Part shown: positions 24,985 through 37,245 of the stretch, piece by piece
How positions within the stretch are numbered: the first letter of the stretch is position 1
Layout: every line of letters starts with the position of its first letter
Origin: Cetorhinus maximus
Taxonomy: Eukaryota
Length of the DNA stretch: 64,000 nt
NCBI RefSeq assembly: GCF_964194155.1
Contig: NW_027596437.1
Span: 124,001 to 188,000 of the forward strand
Direction of reading: 5' to 3'
The notes under the pieces: generated by a model
Seen by the model: only the letters and a program-made list of their open reading frames with translations
Database searches by the model: none
What the model was told of the DNA's origin: nothing
Program-made: the position numbers and the translations under genes

Positions 24985-25180
24985 TGGAATTTCATCCCTG
25001 AAGCTCTCTGCCTCTCTACCTCACTTTCCTCTTCAAGATACTCCTTAAAAGCTACGCCTTTGCCCAAGTTTTTGGTCACCTGCCCTAATATTTCCTTATG
25101 TGGCTTGTTGTCAAATGTTGTTTTGTAACATTCCTCAGAAATGCTTTGGAACGTTTTATTACATTAAGGTGTTATATAAA
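24985..25180 (+). mobile_element. L2 LINE 3' end
   Basis: ctctctacctc...ccttaaaa...tttggtcacctgccctaatatttccttatgtggct, the shark L2 tail. Confidence 0.6.
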
Positions 25181-26754
25181 AACAAATTAAGTGTCATTGA
25201 CTTGGACATATATCACTGTTCCGACATCATCACTGGGTGAAAAAAGTGTAATTCCTTAACTAACAGCATTGTGGGAGCACCTTCACCACATGGACTGTAG
25301 CTGTTCAAGAAGGTCAAACATCATCTTCTCCACAGGTAACTGGGGATTGGCAATATATGCTGCAGGTCTTGTTAATGACACCCAAATCCCAAGAATAAAT
25401 TTTAAAAACTTGTATGTAAATATGGATATGTAAAATAGATTAAAAACACCTACAAAAATAATTGTTCTTTAAACAATATTCTTTTACATTGTCTGGACAG
25501 TGTCCGTTTAGCAACCTGATCTCCCCTAGAATCTACCTCCCATGACAATTTCACATTGGAAATTGCTGGGCCCGACTGGGTTCCAAAGTCCTCAGGGTTA
25601 ATCCCAGCAGCTTCTCCTCCATCTCCACTCCAGCTCAAACTCATGCAACAAAGGCTTCCAAAAGGGAATTGGATAAATTGCTGGGCTATGAGGAAAGGGC
25701 AGGGGAGTGGGACAAGCTGATTTACTGTTCTGGAGAGCCAGCACGAGCATGACGGCGAAATGGCACCTTCTGAATTGCAATCACTCAATGATCCTCAGAT
25801 TCAATGAAAAAGGACCTACACCGGAGGCCAGGGACCAACTTCTGCAACCAACACGCAGCCCATTACAAATCAGTTGTTAAATGGTCCATCTCTGTTTCTA
25901 GACTCAGTTCTGTGAGCAACAGCTGCAATAAAACAAATACAAAATATTGTGTTTGCTGTAAATCTGAAAGAAAAAGAGCAAATGCTGGAAATGCTCCAGG
26001 TCAGACAGTAACTGTAGAAAAAGAGAGTTAACATTTCAGGATGTGCAGAATCAATTACAGGGAATAAAAATTCAGCAGAATTTTATGGTCAATATAAGCT
26101 CAGAAGCAGAAGAGAATGATCTCTAGTGCAGGAAAAACAATTCCTGACCACGGGAAGGTAAAGCTGGTAAATCAGCAGTGGAAAGACGGGAGACGGGCAG
26201 CAGGGGACACCTCATTTAGACACAGCTGGCAGAAATAACAGGGAAATACCAAACATGTTTAAAATACACCCATTGTTCGAGGGAGAGGAAGTTAAACAAT
26301 GGAAAAGAGGTGATCAGGGAGGCAGAGGTGAAACAGAGCAATGGATGGACATAGATTCAGATCCACAGTAAAGAAGCCACACCAGCCCCAAAGCTATGGA
26401 AACCAGAGCACAGCACTAAAAGCTCTAAATTGTAGATGAATGTTCAATAATACTCACCTCTGAAACAATTTCACTGTTTTCAAATTTAAAATCTTCTGCC
26501 AGAGCCTGCAGCTGGAAAGATATTACAAGCAGTGAAAGCACCTGTAAAAGGATATTACAAAAGTCATATGTGTCAGTCCAGGTTTGAAATTCAGAGGAGA
26601 CAAACGTTTATCTTGGTTTGAGTTTCCTGTGTGTTGATCCTCCCCTTCTAACCCTCTGTAAAAGGAGTTTCCAAAATCCATCACTGTTTGTCCAGGATAG
26701 AAATTCACAACATTCCCTCCTCCTGGCCTAGGATTACTTAAGCAGTGACAATTT

Positions 26755-27290
26755 CCATTGGAAGCAGGTCAGAGAAGGTTTACTAGGCCAATTCCTGGAG
26801 TGAGGGGGGTTGTCTTATGAGGAAAGGTTGAGCAGGTTGGGACTATACTCATGGGAATTTATAAGAATGAGATGTGATCTTATTGAAACATGTTAGATTC
26901 TGAGGGCTCTTGACAGATGCTGAGAGGGTGTTTCCTCTCATGGGGGAATCTAGAACAAGGGTAGGGGGCACAGTTTACAAATAAGGGGGTCTCTCATTTT
27001 ACACAGAGGAGGGGAAATTTCTTATCTCAGAGGGTCATGAGTCTGTGGAATTCATTTCTCCAGAGAGCAGTGGAGTCTGGGTCATTGAATATATTCAAGG
27101 TTGAGTTAAGCAGATTTTTGATCTACAAGGGACACAAGCGTTATGTTGGGGGTGGTGGGGGGGGGGGGGGGGGGTGGGGGGGAGGGAGGGGGCGCAGACA
27201 GGAGAGTAGAGTTAAGGCGACAAGCAGACCAGCTATGACCTTATTGAATGGCAGAACAGGCTCGATGGGCTGAATGGTCTCCTGATGTTC
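26755..27290 (+). mobile_element. CR1 3' fragment containing a G-run
   Basis: CR1 tail sequence; poly-G at 27147-27190. Confidence 0.75.
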
Positions 27291-27294
27291 TTAT

Positions 27295-27830
27295 TCCGGC
27301 GCTTGGGAAGACCGCGCATGCGCCCTGCAGCAAATTGCCCCTTCGGAAGATGGCGGCCGTTAACCAGGGTCTGTTAACAGAAATAGAAACACCTGGAAAA
27401 ACTCAGCAGGTCTGGCAGCATCGGCGGAGAAGAACAAAGTTGACGTTTCGAGTCCTCATGACCCTTCAACAGAACATCCTCTTCTCCGCCGATGCTGCCG
27501 GACCTGCTGAGTTTTTGCAGGTGTTTCTGTTTCTGTTTTGGTTTTGCATTTCCAGCATCCGCCGTTTTTTTGTTTTTAACCAGGGTCTGTTCCCCGGAGC
27601 TGCAAACGCCATTCCCATTCCTGCACAGTCTGATTCTGGGCTTGCGGCCTACATCGGGTGTTTATGAAGCCTCCTTTCCCTACCCTCACCTCCCGGCTAA
27701 ATTCCTCCCTCACCCATTTCCAAAAACCTCTCCCGCACTCACTGGGCTCCGATCAAAGTGACATTGCGCATGCTCCCAACTGATCAGCACGGCGCCTGCG
27801 CACTGGGCTCCTGTACAGTGACTAGAGCAC
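27295..27830. promoter_or_regulatory. CpG island / ZNF-type promoter module interrupted by an insertion
   Basis: GCGCATGCGC ~27314, AAGATGGCGGCCG ~27347, GCGCCTGCGCA ~27792. Confidence 0.6.
27376..27575. mobile_element. Palindromic Penelope-derived element with 16-bp TSD
   Basis: TTAACCAGGGTCTGTT at 27360-27375 and 27576-27591; inverted arms inside. Confidence 0.8.
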
Positions 27831-28449
27831 ATTCACATCCGCACGGAATGTTGGGTAACAGCAGCGCCATTGACACTCGAAATACAAAATAGAAAATCTT
27901 TCTGTTAACCAATTGGGATAAATTAATTTTAAAAAAAGACACGTAAATGTTTGTGAATTTGTGTGCTGCTAGGTTCCATCTCCCAACGTGATTTAAATCT
28001 TTGCTCCATTCGGAATACACTGAGTTTTTAAAGCTTTTTCCAATGGTTCCCCTCTCTCTCCTCCCATGCAGGTGCTGACCCTGGCTGGGTTCAATCCCAC
28101 AGTCACTGGTTCCTCTCTTTCTCTCTCTATCTTATGTTACTGAATATTCACTCTTTGATATAATGATACAGCACAGATGGACACTATTCAGCCCATCATC
28201 CCTGTGCTGACCTTTTTGGACGATCTATCCAAGTAATTCCACAGCCCGGCTGGTACTGTCAAAATGATGCATATCTGCTGTAGTAATGCAGGAGGTGAAT
28301 GGGAAAGGATCTCCCGGAATCTGGGAATATTGACTGACCAGTGTTCTGAGCTGAAATAAAACCGCAAGTGCCACAAAAACTCAGCAGGTCTGGCAACTCC
28401 TCTGGAGAGAGGAACAGTGTTAGTGTTTTGATTCCAATATGATTCTTTA

Positions 28450-28690
28450 TTTTATTCAATCATGGGATGTAGGTGTCCTATCCCTAGTTGCCCTAGCTCA
28501 GAGGGCATTTAGAGTTAACCACATTGCTGTCACATGTAGTTACCATTTCACTAAATGACATTTGTGAACCAGATGGGTAGTCATCATTCGACTTTTAATT
28601 CCAGATTTTTATTCGCACTGTGGTGGGATTATCCAGCGCATTGCCCTGGGTCTCTGGATTACTAGTTTAGCAATTACCGCTCTGCCGTCT
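28450..28690 (-). mobile_element. HE1-type SINE (degenerate)
   Basis: Reverse of the HE1 head and tail (ccctgggtctctggattactag, tccctagttgccct). Confidence 0.65.
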
Positions 28691-28769
28691 ACTCCCCTCC
28701 TTCGAAACTGAAATGGACAGCCATTTTTGCTGTATTCTGACTTTAAAACTTACCGTGCTTTTTATTTTA

Positions 28770-29055
28770 TACTACAAACATGACCACTCCCTTTGCCTTT
28801 TGTTCAATCACATCTTTGTTTAATCTCTCCCGTCCTCCTGACCTTCTCTTTTGTTGTACCTGACCCTCCCCACTTTTCAATGCCAGAAAACCCATCCTAT
28901 TTCTCCATCTCTTCAGTTCTGAAGAAGAGTCACATTGCAGTCGAAACATTAAATCTGCTTCTCTCTCCACAGATGCTGTTAGACCTGCTGAGTTTTTCCA
29001 ACACCTTCCGATTTTTATTTCAGATCTCCACTATCCGCAGTATATTGCTTTTATT
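28770..29055 (+). mobile_element. Penelope pseudo-LTR fragment
   Basis: cagttctgaagaagagtca...gaaacattaa...ccacagatgctg...cctgctgagtttttcca. Confidence 0.7.
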
Positions 29056-29149
29056 TAAGGGTTCACTGGTTAGTTAAGTACAGAGTACTTGGTCGAGTTT
29101 AATTCGATAATTCTGCACACCCCACATACCACAGTGACATTATTAACAA

Positions 29150-30950
29150 AGGGCCAAGTGAAGGGAATATCCCTGATGTGATAGAGTAGATGAATTATGG
29201 AGTTACGAATCAAGGATATTAATATGCTGTAACCTCACAAATGCCAATTAGCTGGGATGTTGCAGTTTGAAAGAACCCCACATACTTGTCCAGTGAAAGA
29301 GGCCGTGTCCATTGGACATATTAGGGCCACACCACTGTCCAATTTCACTGGTGTTCATGTGGATGGATCTCAACTTTATGAATAAGGACTGTATCAGACT
29401 GTTGCTGCATCTTATGTCCCTCATGACAGCTGTAATATCCTTATTAAATACTCAACATAATATTTAACCCAGAAATCTGAGCTTATTGTGATCACAGCCC
29501 TTCAAACTGCCACTGATGGAAACTCCAACTATTCAGAAACTATCCATTGGTTGTAACTCCCTCAGGGAAAACCTTCCTCTCTAGCAAAAAAAAACACAAC
29601 TTCTCCACAACAGAAAGGAAACCACTCACCCACCACTCCAAATGCCGAATGATTTGGTATATTGCTGGTAAGTGACGGGAACAATTTGCTATTTGTAATG
29701 TGAATGTACATCAGCAGCAAGAGTTAGTGAAGAGGGTGATGGTAATACCCAGGCAGACTGACTCACCAGGAAAGTTACTCCAGAGGGAATTCCATGGGAT
29801 CCACCCAGAACACTGGCACTGGTACGACAGACTCCAGTTAAACGTGATTTAAAAACTTGTCAGGACCATGACCCTGATGTGACTGTGGCCAAAGAGGCCG
29901 TACACCATAGCAAAGACTTTCCCTCATCCTTTCTCAGCAAGGACTCATTCATCCAACAAGGGTGGCTCTAATTTGACTTGGGTCACACTTTGATGCCTCA
30001 GAAAAGAATTATTTTTGTTGATGGATCAAATTTGGGACATGTTTCTCTTTTTCCAATCCTCGATATGTTGCATAATTACTATTGACAACACAGGATGCAC
30101 CAGGATGTCCATCACTACCTGAACCTGTGACCAAATTAACCCGGACTCGTGAACGGACATGTCTCATCTGAATGACGTTCCGTGGGAAACATTGCAGATT
30201 GATTATACAGGCCCACTACCCACAGTAACAGGAAGGGACCGGTATATCCAGGTAGTTGTAGTTATGCTTACCTGGTGGATTGAATCTTTCCCTGCCTGTA
30301 AAAAATGATGCAGCCACTACAGCTAAAATCTTGTGGGAACAGATCTTTATCAGATGGGACTTTCTGAAAAGGATAGAGAGTGATATTGGTTCTCATTTCA
30401 CAGCTGAATTAATGCAGCAGTTCCGTCATCTTGTGGTTGTGGAACAACATTTCCACATCACCTACCACCGAGCAGTTAGCGGGATAGTCGAGGGCTTTAC
30501 TTTTCTATAAAAACAGTACTGAGAAAAGCTGTCATGAAGGGAGCTGATGATCTGGTCAAGGTCAACTGCCTTGCCTGGTGTGTTAATGACCATTCACTCC
30601 CATCCTGTGCACTGCTCCAATTGCAGCCCAATTCAGCTCATGACAGGGCACAAAATGCAGATTGTGCATCGCCCTGCGATCCTACTCCCCATTGCTACTC
30701 GACAGATTCAGGATCTGTTTCTCCAGAACCTCCAACAAACCTCAGCATCCTCCCTCAGTGGGACTACAGGCAGTGGAGAAGATGGTGCTGCCCATCTCAA
30801 CACCTCCTGGGAGTACAACCCTACCCGTTACATTAACTGTTCAATGGGAGATGAAGTCATGTTAAAAACCTTGTGAAAAGGGGTCGGGTCGGGTTGCTAA
30901 TTGGGAAGGTCCATATGATGTTCTAGATAGACTTGTGGGAAACAAATCTT
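29150..30950 (+). mobile_element. Decayed LTR-retroelement/ERV pol (RNase H plus integrase)
   Basis: HVDGS...TQKSELIVITAL...GNTQAD (RNase H); PWETLQIDYTGPLP...NDAATTAKILWEQIF..W....IESDIGSHFT...YH...SGIVE (integrase core); many stops. Confidence 0.75.
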
Positions 30951-31749
30951 ATATTAGCGAAATGGAAATGAAGGATGGAAATGCAATATTTGTGTTATCA
31001 TGAAGATCCGTGTGAACTGTATATAATGAAAATGTCAGATAACCAGATGGAGAATAAACGCTGTGTTTGATTTTATCCAACAGGGACAAGATGTGGATGG
31101 TCACCATGCTCCTGGACTGTGTCCAGGCTGAAGTTCTGTTCCTGCCATATGATCCTCCCCCAGATTGTCCTTTCTGAGCTCCAGCCAAGTGATGTTAAAC
31201 ACTCAGGTGGGAAAGACAAAAATCTACGACAATATGTTTAAAACAATGCTGATTTATTTGCTATGTAACCAGAATACTAAACTTCAGTTCAATTATTAAC
31301 ATCAGCAGAAACAAACTCCAACTGTCAGAATGAATATAGTTGGGGGAATTAATTTCTGGCATGTTGAGTTGTAATCCGATTGGGTGTCTGGCTTATTGTG
31401 AGAGAACATCAAGCTGTCAGGGAGAGGGATGATGTTGAGGAGAGCAGGTTTCTGATGGTGTGTGTGTGTATGTGTATGTAAGGGAGAGACAGGCTGTGCT
31501 GATAGTTCGGTACAGGCAGCACCAGTGCAGCCCTGAATGATCAAGAACATCTCTCTCTGCCGGAGTGAGACTCTCCGCTATGTGGTTGCTGCAGGGAAGG
31601 AAGAGCGGAAGGAGACTCGCAAGGAGTCTCTGTACGGAGCAGAAGTGAGTGTGCTACCAAATTTTCAACACCAAATTATCAAGGGGAGCAAACAGGAATG
31701 GAACGCCAGTGGCGAAAAGTTGGTGATGAAGGATGATAGAGACATTTAA

Positions 31750-32340
31750 AAGAGCAATAAGCAATTGGTTTCATTTCTAGAGGGTGAACGTTGAAAAACA
31801 GAAGTTTTGTTCTACCCTATCTCGAGCGATGGGAGCACTGTGCACGGTTCTGGCCTCCGTATTATAAAAAAGGATATAGAGGCACCGGAGAAGATGCAAA
31901 ACAAAAAAAGATTTACAAGGACGATTCCAGATCTGAGAGGTTATAACCGTCAGGAAAGACTGAACAGGCTGGGGCTCTTTTCTCCAGAAAAGAGAAGGCT
32001 GAGAGGTTGACCTGATCGAGGTCCTTAAAATGTTGAAAGGGTTTCGAGCGGGTAGACGTAGAGAAGATGTGGAGGAGACCAAAACTGGGCGGTGGGGGTA
32101 GGGGTGGTTAGTGTTATCAATATCAGATAGTCATTAATAAATCCAATGGAGAATTCAGGAGAATTTACCCAGAGATTGGGGAGAATGTGGAACTCGCTCC
32201 CATTGGGAGTGGTCGAGGTGAATAGCATTTAAGGGAAAGAGTTAGGGTGGGGGTGGTGGTAGTGAGACTAACCCGATCGCTCGTCAGAAGTGCTGGCACG
32301 GACTCAATAGGCTCGATGGTCTCCTTCAGTGCTGCACAAA
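31750..32340 (+). mobile_element. CR1 3' fragment
   Basis: KRFTRTIPDLRGYNRQERLNRLGLFSPEKRRLRG. Confidence 0.75.
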
Positions 32341-32544
32341 TTTGGTGAATGGGAGCAAAGTTTCTGCCAAGTTTTCTTTCTATATCCAAACAGGTTGGGT
32401 TCAGTCCTGTCAACACATATTTGTACCGCCCTGTGGTAACCCACTCCCTCTCGAAGGTGCCGCACTGCCTCCCTCGCGGGGAATGGGGGACAGCTCCGGA
32501 GCACAGGAAGTTTGTTTCTCAGGCAGAGGGTTCAACAACCTCGG

Positions 32545-33905
32545 TCGCTGGTAAGATTTTAGAGTCCATTATTAAGGATGAGATTTCAGAATACTTGGAA
32601 GTGCATGGTAAAATAGGGCAAAGTCAGCATGGTTCCATCAAGGGGAGGTCATGCCTGACAAATCTGTTAGAATTCTTTAAGGAGGTAACGAGTAGGTTAA
32701 ACAAAGGAGAGCCAATTGATGTTATCTACTTGGACTTCCAGAAGGCCTTTGACAAGGTGCCGCACAGGAGGCTGCTCAGTAAGATAAGAGCCCATGGTGT
32801 TAGAGGCAAGGTACTAGCATGGATAGAAGATTGGCTGTCTGGCAGGAGGCAGAGAGTGGGGATAAGGGGGTCCTTCTCAGAATGGCGGCTGGTGATTAGT
32901 GGAGTTCTGCAGGGGTCAGTATTTGGACCACAACTTTTCACTTTATACATTAATGATCGAGATGAAGGAACTGAGGGCATTCTGGCTAAGTTTGCAGATG
33001 ATACAAAGATAGGTGGAGGCACAGGTAGTATTGAGGAGGCTGGGAGGCTGCAGAAGGATTTGGACAGGTTAGGAGAATGGGCGAATAAGTGGCAGATGGA
33101 ATACAACGTGGGGAAATGTGAGGTCATGCACTTTGGTAGGAAGAATAGAGGCATAGACTATTTTCTAAATGGGGAGCGAATTCAGCAATCTGGAGTGCAA
33201 AGGGACTTGGGAGTCCTAGTCCAAGATTCTCTTAAGGTTAACTTGCAGGTAGTTAGGAAGGCAAATGCAATGTTGGCATTTATTTCGAGAGGACTAGAAT
33301 ATAAAAGCAGGGATGTGCTGCTGAGGCTTTATAAGGCTCTGGTCAGACCACATTTAGAATATTGTGAGCAATTTCGGGCCCCGAACCTCAGGTAGGATGT
33401 TCTGGCCCTGGAGAGGGTCCAGAGGATGTTCACGAGAACGATCCAAGGAATGAAAAGCTTAACATATGAGGAACGTTTGAGGACTCTGGGTTTATACTCG
33501 ATGGAGTTTAGAAGGATGAGGGGGGATTTAATTGAAACTTACAGAATACTGAAAGGCCTGGATAGAGTGAACGTGGGGAAGATGTTTCCATAAGTAAGAG
33601 AGACTAGGACCCGAGGGCACAGCCTCAGAGTAAAGAGAAGACCTTTTAGAACAGAGATGAGGAGAAACTTCTTTAGCCAGAGATTGGTGAATCTATGGAA
33701 TTCATTGCCACAGAAGGCTGTGGAGGCCAGGTCATTGAGTGTATTTAAGACCGAGATAGAGAGGTTCTTGATTGGTAAGGGGATCAAAGGTTACGGGGCG
33801 AAGGCGGGAGAATGGGGTTGAGAAACTTATCAGCCATGATTGAATGGCGGAGCAGATTCGATGGGCCGAATGGCCTAATTTCTGCTCCTATGTCTTGTGG
33901 TCTGA
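32545..33905 (+). mobile_element. Young CR1 LINE, 5'-truncated, with near-intact RT
   Basis: RSCLTNL, YLDFQKAFDKVPH, GVLQGSV.GP, KFADDTK, RPHLEYC; stop at 33393-33395; full 3'UTR. Confidence 0.92.
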
Positions 33906-34539
33906 TGGTCTTATGGGTTCGGCACAGCTCCAGGGAAATCAGTACGGAGCCAGGAAAAGGCTGCTGGTGCCCTCCTGCCACACCTGGTAAAGCCTGGCAC
34001 CTTCACAGTCAGCTATTTGAGCTGTAAATGATTGGGCATTGATATCGTGACACCTTCCCTACGACCATCAGGGTTTTCGCTGGAGTAAACAAGGAGTAAC
34101 TGTTTCCAGTGGCAGGAGGGTCGGTGAATAGAGGGACACAGATTGAAGAGAATCGGGAAAAGAACCAGAGGGGGAGATGAGGGGGATTTTTTTTTTACAC
34201 AGCGAGTAATCTGCTGTGATCTGGGAGGCGCTGCCTGAAAGGGTGGTGGAAGCAGATTCAACAGGAACTTTCAAAAGGGGAATTGAATAAATACTTGAAG
34301 GGGAAATGTTTTCAGGGCTATGGGGGAAAGAGCAACGTGGGGGAAGTGGGACTAATTGGATAGATCTTTCAGAGAGCCATCACAAGCACAATGGGCTGAA
34401 TGGCCTCTTCCTGTGTTGTAAGATTTTATGATTCATTTCTTTCTGCCCACACACTGGATTATGCACCCTCCACAGTCACTAACTAGCACATTTGCTTGTT
34501 TTTGTCACTGTTTTATTCTGGTTCTCTGTCATGTCCGCC

Positions 34540-35440
34540 TTCCTCTCCCTCTTCCGTTTTCCCTCTCCTCCTCTCCCGCTCTCCCACTCTCCCCGGGCTC
34601 TCTCTCCTTCCCTCCGACTCTCCAATTCTCCCCACTCTCCCTCTCCTTCTCTCCCGCTCTCCCACTTCCCCCGGTCTCCCTCTCCTTCCCTCCCACTCTC
34701 CCACTCCTCCTGGTTTCCCTCTCCTTCCCACTCGCTCTCCCATTCTCACCGGTCTCTCTCTCTTGTTCTCTCCCACTCTCCCACTCCCTGGTCTCCCTCC
34801 CCTTCCTTCCTGCTCTCCCACCCCCCCTGATCTTCCTCTCCTCGCCTGCTCTCCCACTCCTCCCAGTCTCTGTCGCCTTCTCTCCCACTCCTCCTAGTCT
34901 CTGTCTCCTTCCCTCCTAGTCTCCCTCTCCTTCCCTCCTACTGTCCCACTCCACCAGTCTCCCTCTCCTTCTCTCCCGCTGTCCCACTCTCCCTGTTCTC
35001 TCTCTCCTTCTCTCCCATACCCCCGGTGTCTCCTTCTCTCCCGCTCTCCCATTTTCCCTGGTTTCTCTCTCTCGCTCTCCCGTTCTCCCCGCTCTCTCCT
35101 TCCCTCCCACTCTCCCACATCCCAGTCTCTCCTTCTATCCCACTCTCCCACTCCCCATGGTCTCTCTCTCCTCTCCCGCTCTCCCATTCTCTCCAATCTC
35201 TCTCTCCTGCTCTCCCGTTCTCTCTGGTCTCTCTCTACCACTCTCCCATTCTCTCCGGTTTCTCTCTCCTTCTCTTCACCTCTCCCACTCCCCGCAGTCT
35301 CTCTCCCACCCTTCCATTCTCCCAGGTCTCTCTCTCCTTCTCTCCTGCTCTGCCATTGTCTCAGGTTTCTCTCTCCTTCTCTCCTGCTCTCCCGTTCTCT
35401 CCAGTCTCTCTCTCTCCTTCTCTTCCGCTCTCCCACTTCC
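34540..35440. repeat. Polypyrimidine minisatellite-like tract (ctctcccact/ctctccttc units)
   Basis: About 900 bp almost entirely C/T on the plus strand. Confidence 0.9.
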
Positions 35441-35445
35441 CAGTT

Positions 35446-35885
35446 AGGGGAGGCGATGCCGTAGTGGTATTGTCGCTGGGCTAGTAGTCCAGAGACCCAG
35501 GGTAATGCTCTGGGGGCCTGGGTTCGAACGGTGGTGGGTTCAGATGGTGGAATTTGAATTCAGTAAAAATCTGGAATTAAAAGTCTTACGATAACCATGA
35601 AACCATTGTCGATTGTTGTAAAAACCCATCTGGTTCACTAATGCCCCTTTAGGAAGGTCATCCTTACCTGGTATGGCCTACATGTGACCCCAGACCCACA
35701 GCAATGTGGTTGACTCCTAAATGCCCTCTGAAATGGCCGAGCTGGCACTCAGTTGTATCAAAACCGCTACAAAGTCTCGAAAAAGGAACGAAACAGGATG
35801 GGCCATCTGGCATTGACATAGGCACCGGAACCGACAACAGCAATCTCAGCCCCGTCGACCCTAAGTCCTCCTTACCAACAGCTGG
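35446..35885 (+). mobile_element. HE1-type tRNA-derived SINE
   Basis: ggggaggcgatgccgtagtggtattgtc...gggttcgaa head; cccatctggttcactaatg body. Confidence 0.8.
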
Positions 35886-35892
35886 AGGAGCC

Positions 35893-36520
35893 ATTTAAAT
35901 ACTGTGGCTACAAGAGCAGGTCAAAGGCTAGGAATCCTGCGACGAGTTACTCATCTCCTGACTCCCCAAAGCATGTCTACCATCTACAAGGCACAAGTCA
36001 GGAGTGTGATGGAATAATCCCCGCTTGTCTGGATGAGTGCAGCTCCCTCAACACTCAAGGAGCTGGACACCATCCAGGACAAAGCATCCCCTCTTGATTG
36101 GCACCACATCCACAAACATTCACTCCCTCCACTACTGACGCACAGTAGCAGCAGTGTGTACCATCTACAAGATACACAGCAGGAATTCACCAAGACTCCT
36201 TTGACAGCACCTTCCTAACCCACGACCACTAGCATCTAGAAGGACAAGGGCAGCAGATAGATGGGAACACCAACACTTGGAAGTTCCCCTCCAAGTCACT
36301 CACCATCCTGACTTGGAAATATATCGGCCGTTCCTTCACTGTCACTGGGTCAAATTTCTGGAACCCCCTCCCTAACAGCACTTTGGGTGTACCTACACCA
36401 CGTGGACTGCAGCGGTTCAAGAAGGCAGCTCACCACCACCTTCTCAAGGGCAATTAGGGATGGGCAATAAATGCTGGTCCAGCCAGCGAAGCCCAAATCC
36501 CATGAATGAATTTTTTAAAA
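35893..36520 (+). mobile_element. HER1-type LINE 3' fragment
   Basis: Near-identical to 16460-17090. Confidence 0.85.
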
Positions 36521-36965
36521 AGTCTCTCTCTCCTTCTCTCCTGCTCTCTCATTCCCCAAGGTCTCTCTCTCTCCTAATCTCCCACTCCCCCGGTCTCCCT
36601 CTCCGTCTCTCCCGCTCTCTCATTTCCCCTGGTCCCCCTCTCCTTCTCTCCCTCTCCCACTACCCCCGTCTCCCGCTCTGTCTCTCTCCCTTTCCCTTTC
36701 TTCCATCCCCATTCATCATCTCCCTTTCTCGCGCTCTCTCTCTCCCTCCTTTTCCTCTAATCTGTTCTTCCTCCCTACCGCAACCTCTCTCTTCACCCCA
36801 CCCCCCTTCCACCCGCTCTCTCCCTTCGGTCTCTTCCACACCCGCCTTTAGAAAATTGAAGGTTTGAATCCCAACTCTGTTTCTTTCTCTCCCAATCTCC
36901 CATTTCTCCCAGTCTCTCTCCATCTCTCCCGTTCCCCTGGTCTCCCAGATCTTCTCTCCCTCTCC
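36520..36965. repeat. Polypyrimidine low-complexity tract
   Basis: Seen directly. Confidence 0.85.
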
Positions 36966-36974
36966 CTGTTTATA

Positions 36975-37245
36975 CAGACGAGAGAGTGTCAGGATGAAAT
37001 CCAGTGTGTTATTAGAGAGGAGAGAGGGTCAGGGTGGAATCCAGTGGGTTATAGAGAGGAGAGAAGGTCAGGATGGGATCCAGTGATTTTTTACAGAGGA
37101 GAGAGGGTCAGGGTGGAACCCAGTGGTTTTTCCAGAGGAGAAAGGGTCAGGATGAAATCCAGTTGTTTTTACAAAGGAGAGAGAGTCAGGGTGGAATCCA
37201 GTGAGTTATACAAGGGAGAAAGGGTCGGATGGAATCCAGTGGTTT
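36975..37245. repeat. 39-bp minisatellite, ~7 copies
   Basis: gagagagggtcagggtggaatccagtg... units. Confidence 0.85.

Noticed and set aside
32349-33395. 348-aa ORF as a host gene
   Set aside because: It is CR1 reverse transcriptase from 32545, 5'-truncated with a premature stop; the N-terminal 65 aa are chance read-in from the flank.
34428-35484. Many long overlapping ORFs rich in S/P/L or E/R/G
   Set aside because: Artefacts of a stop-poor polypyrimidine repeat.
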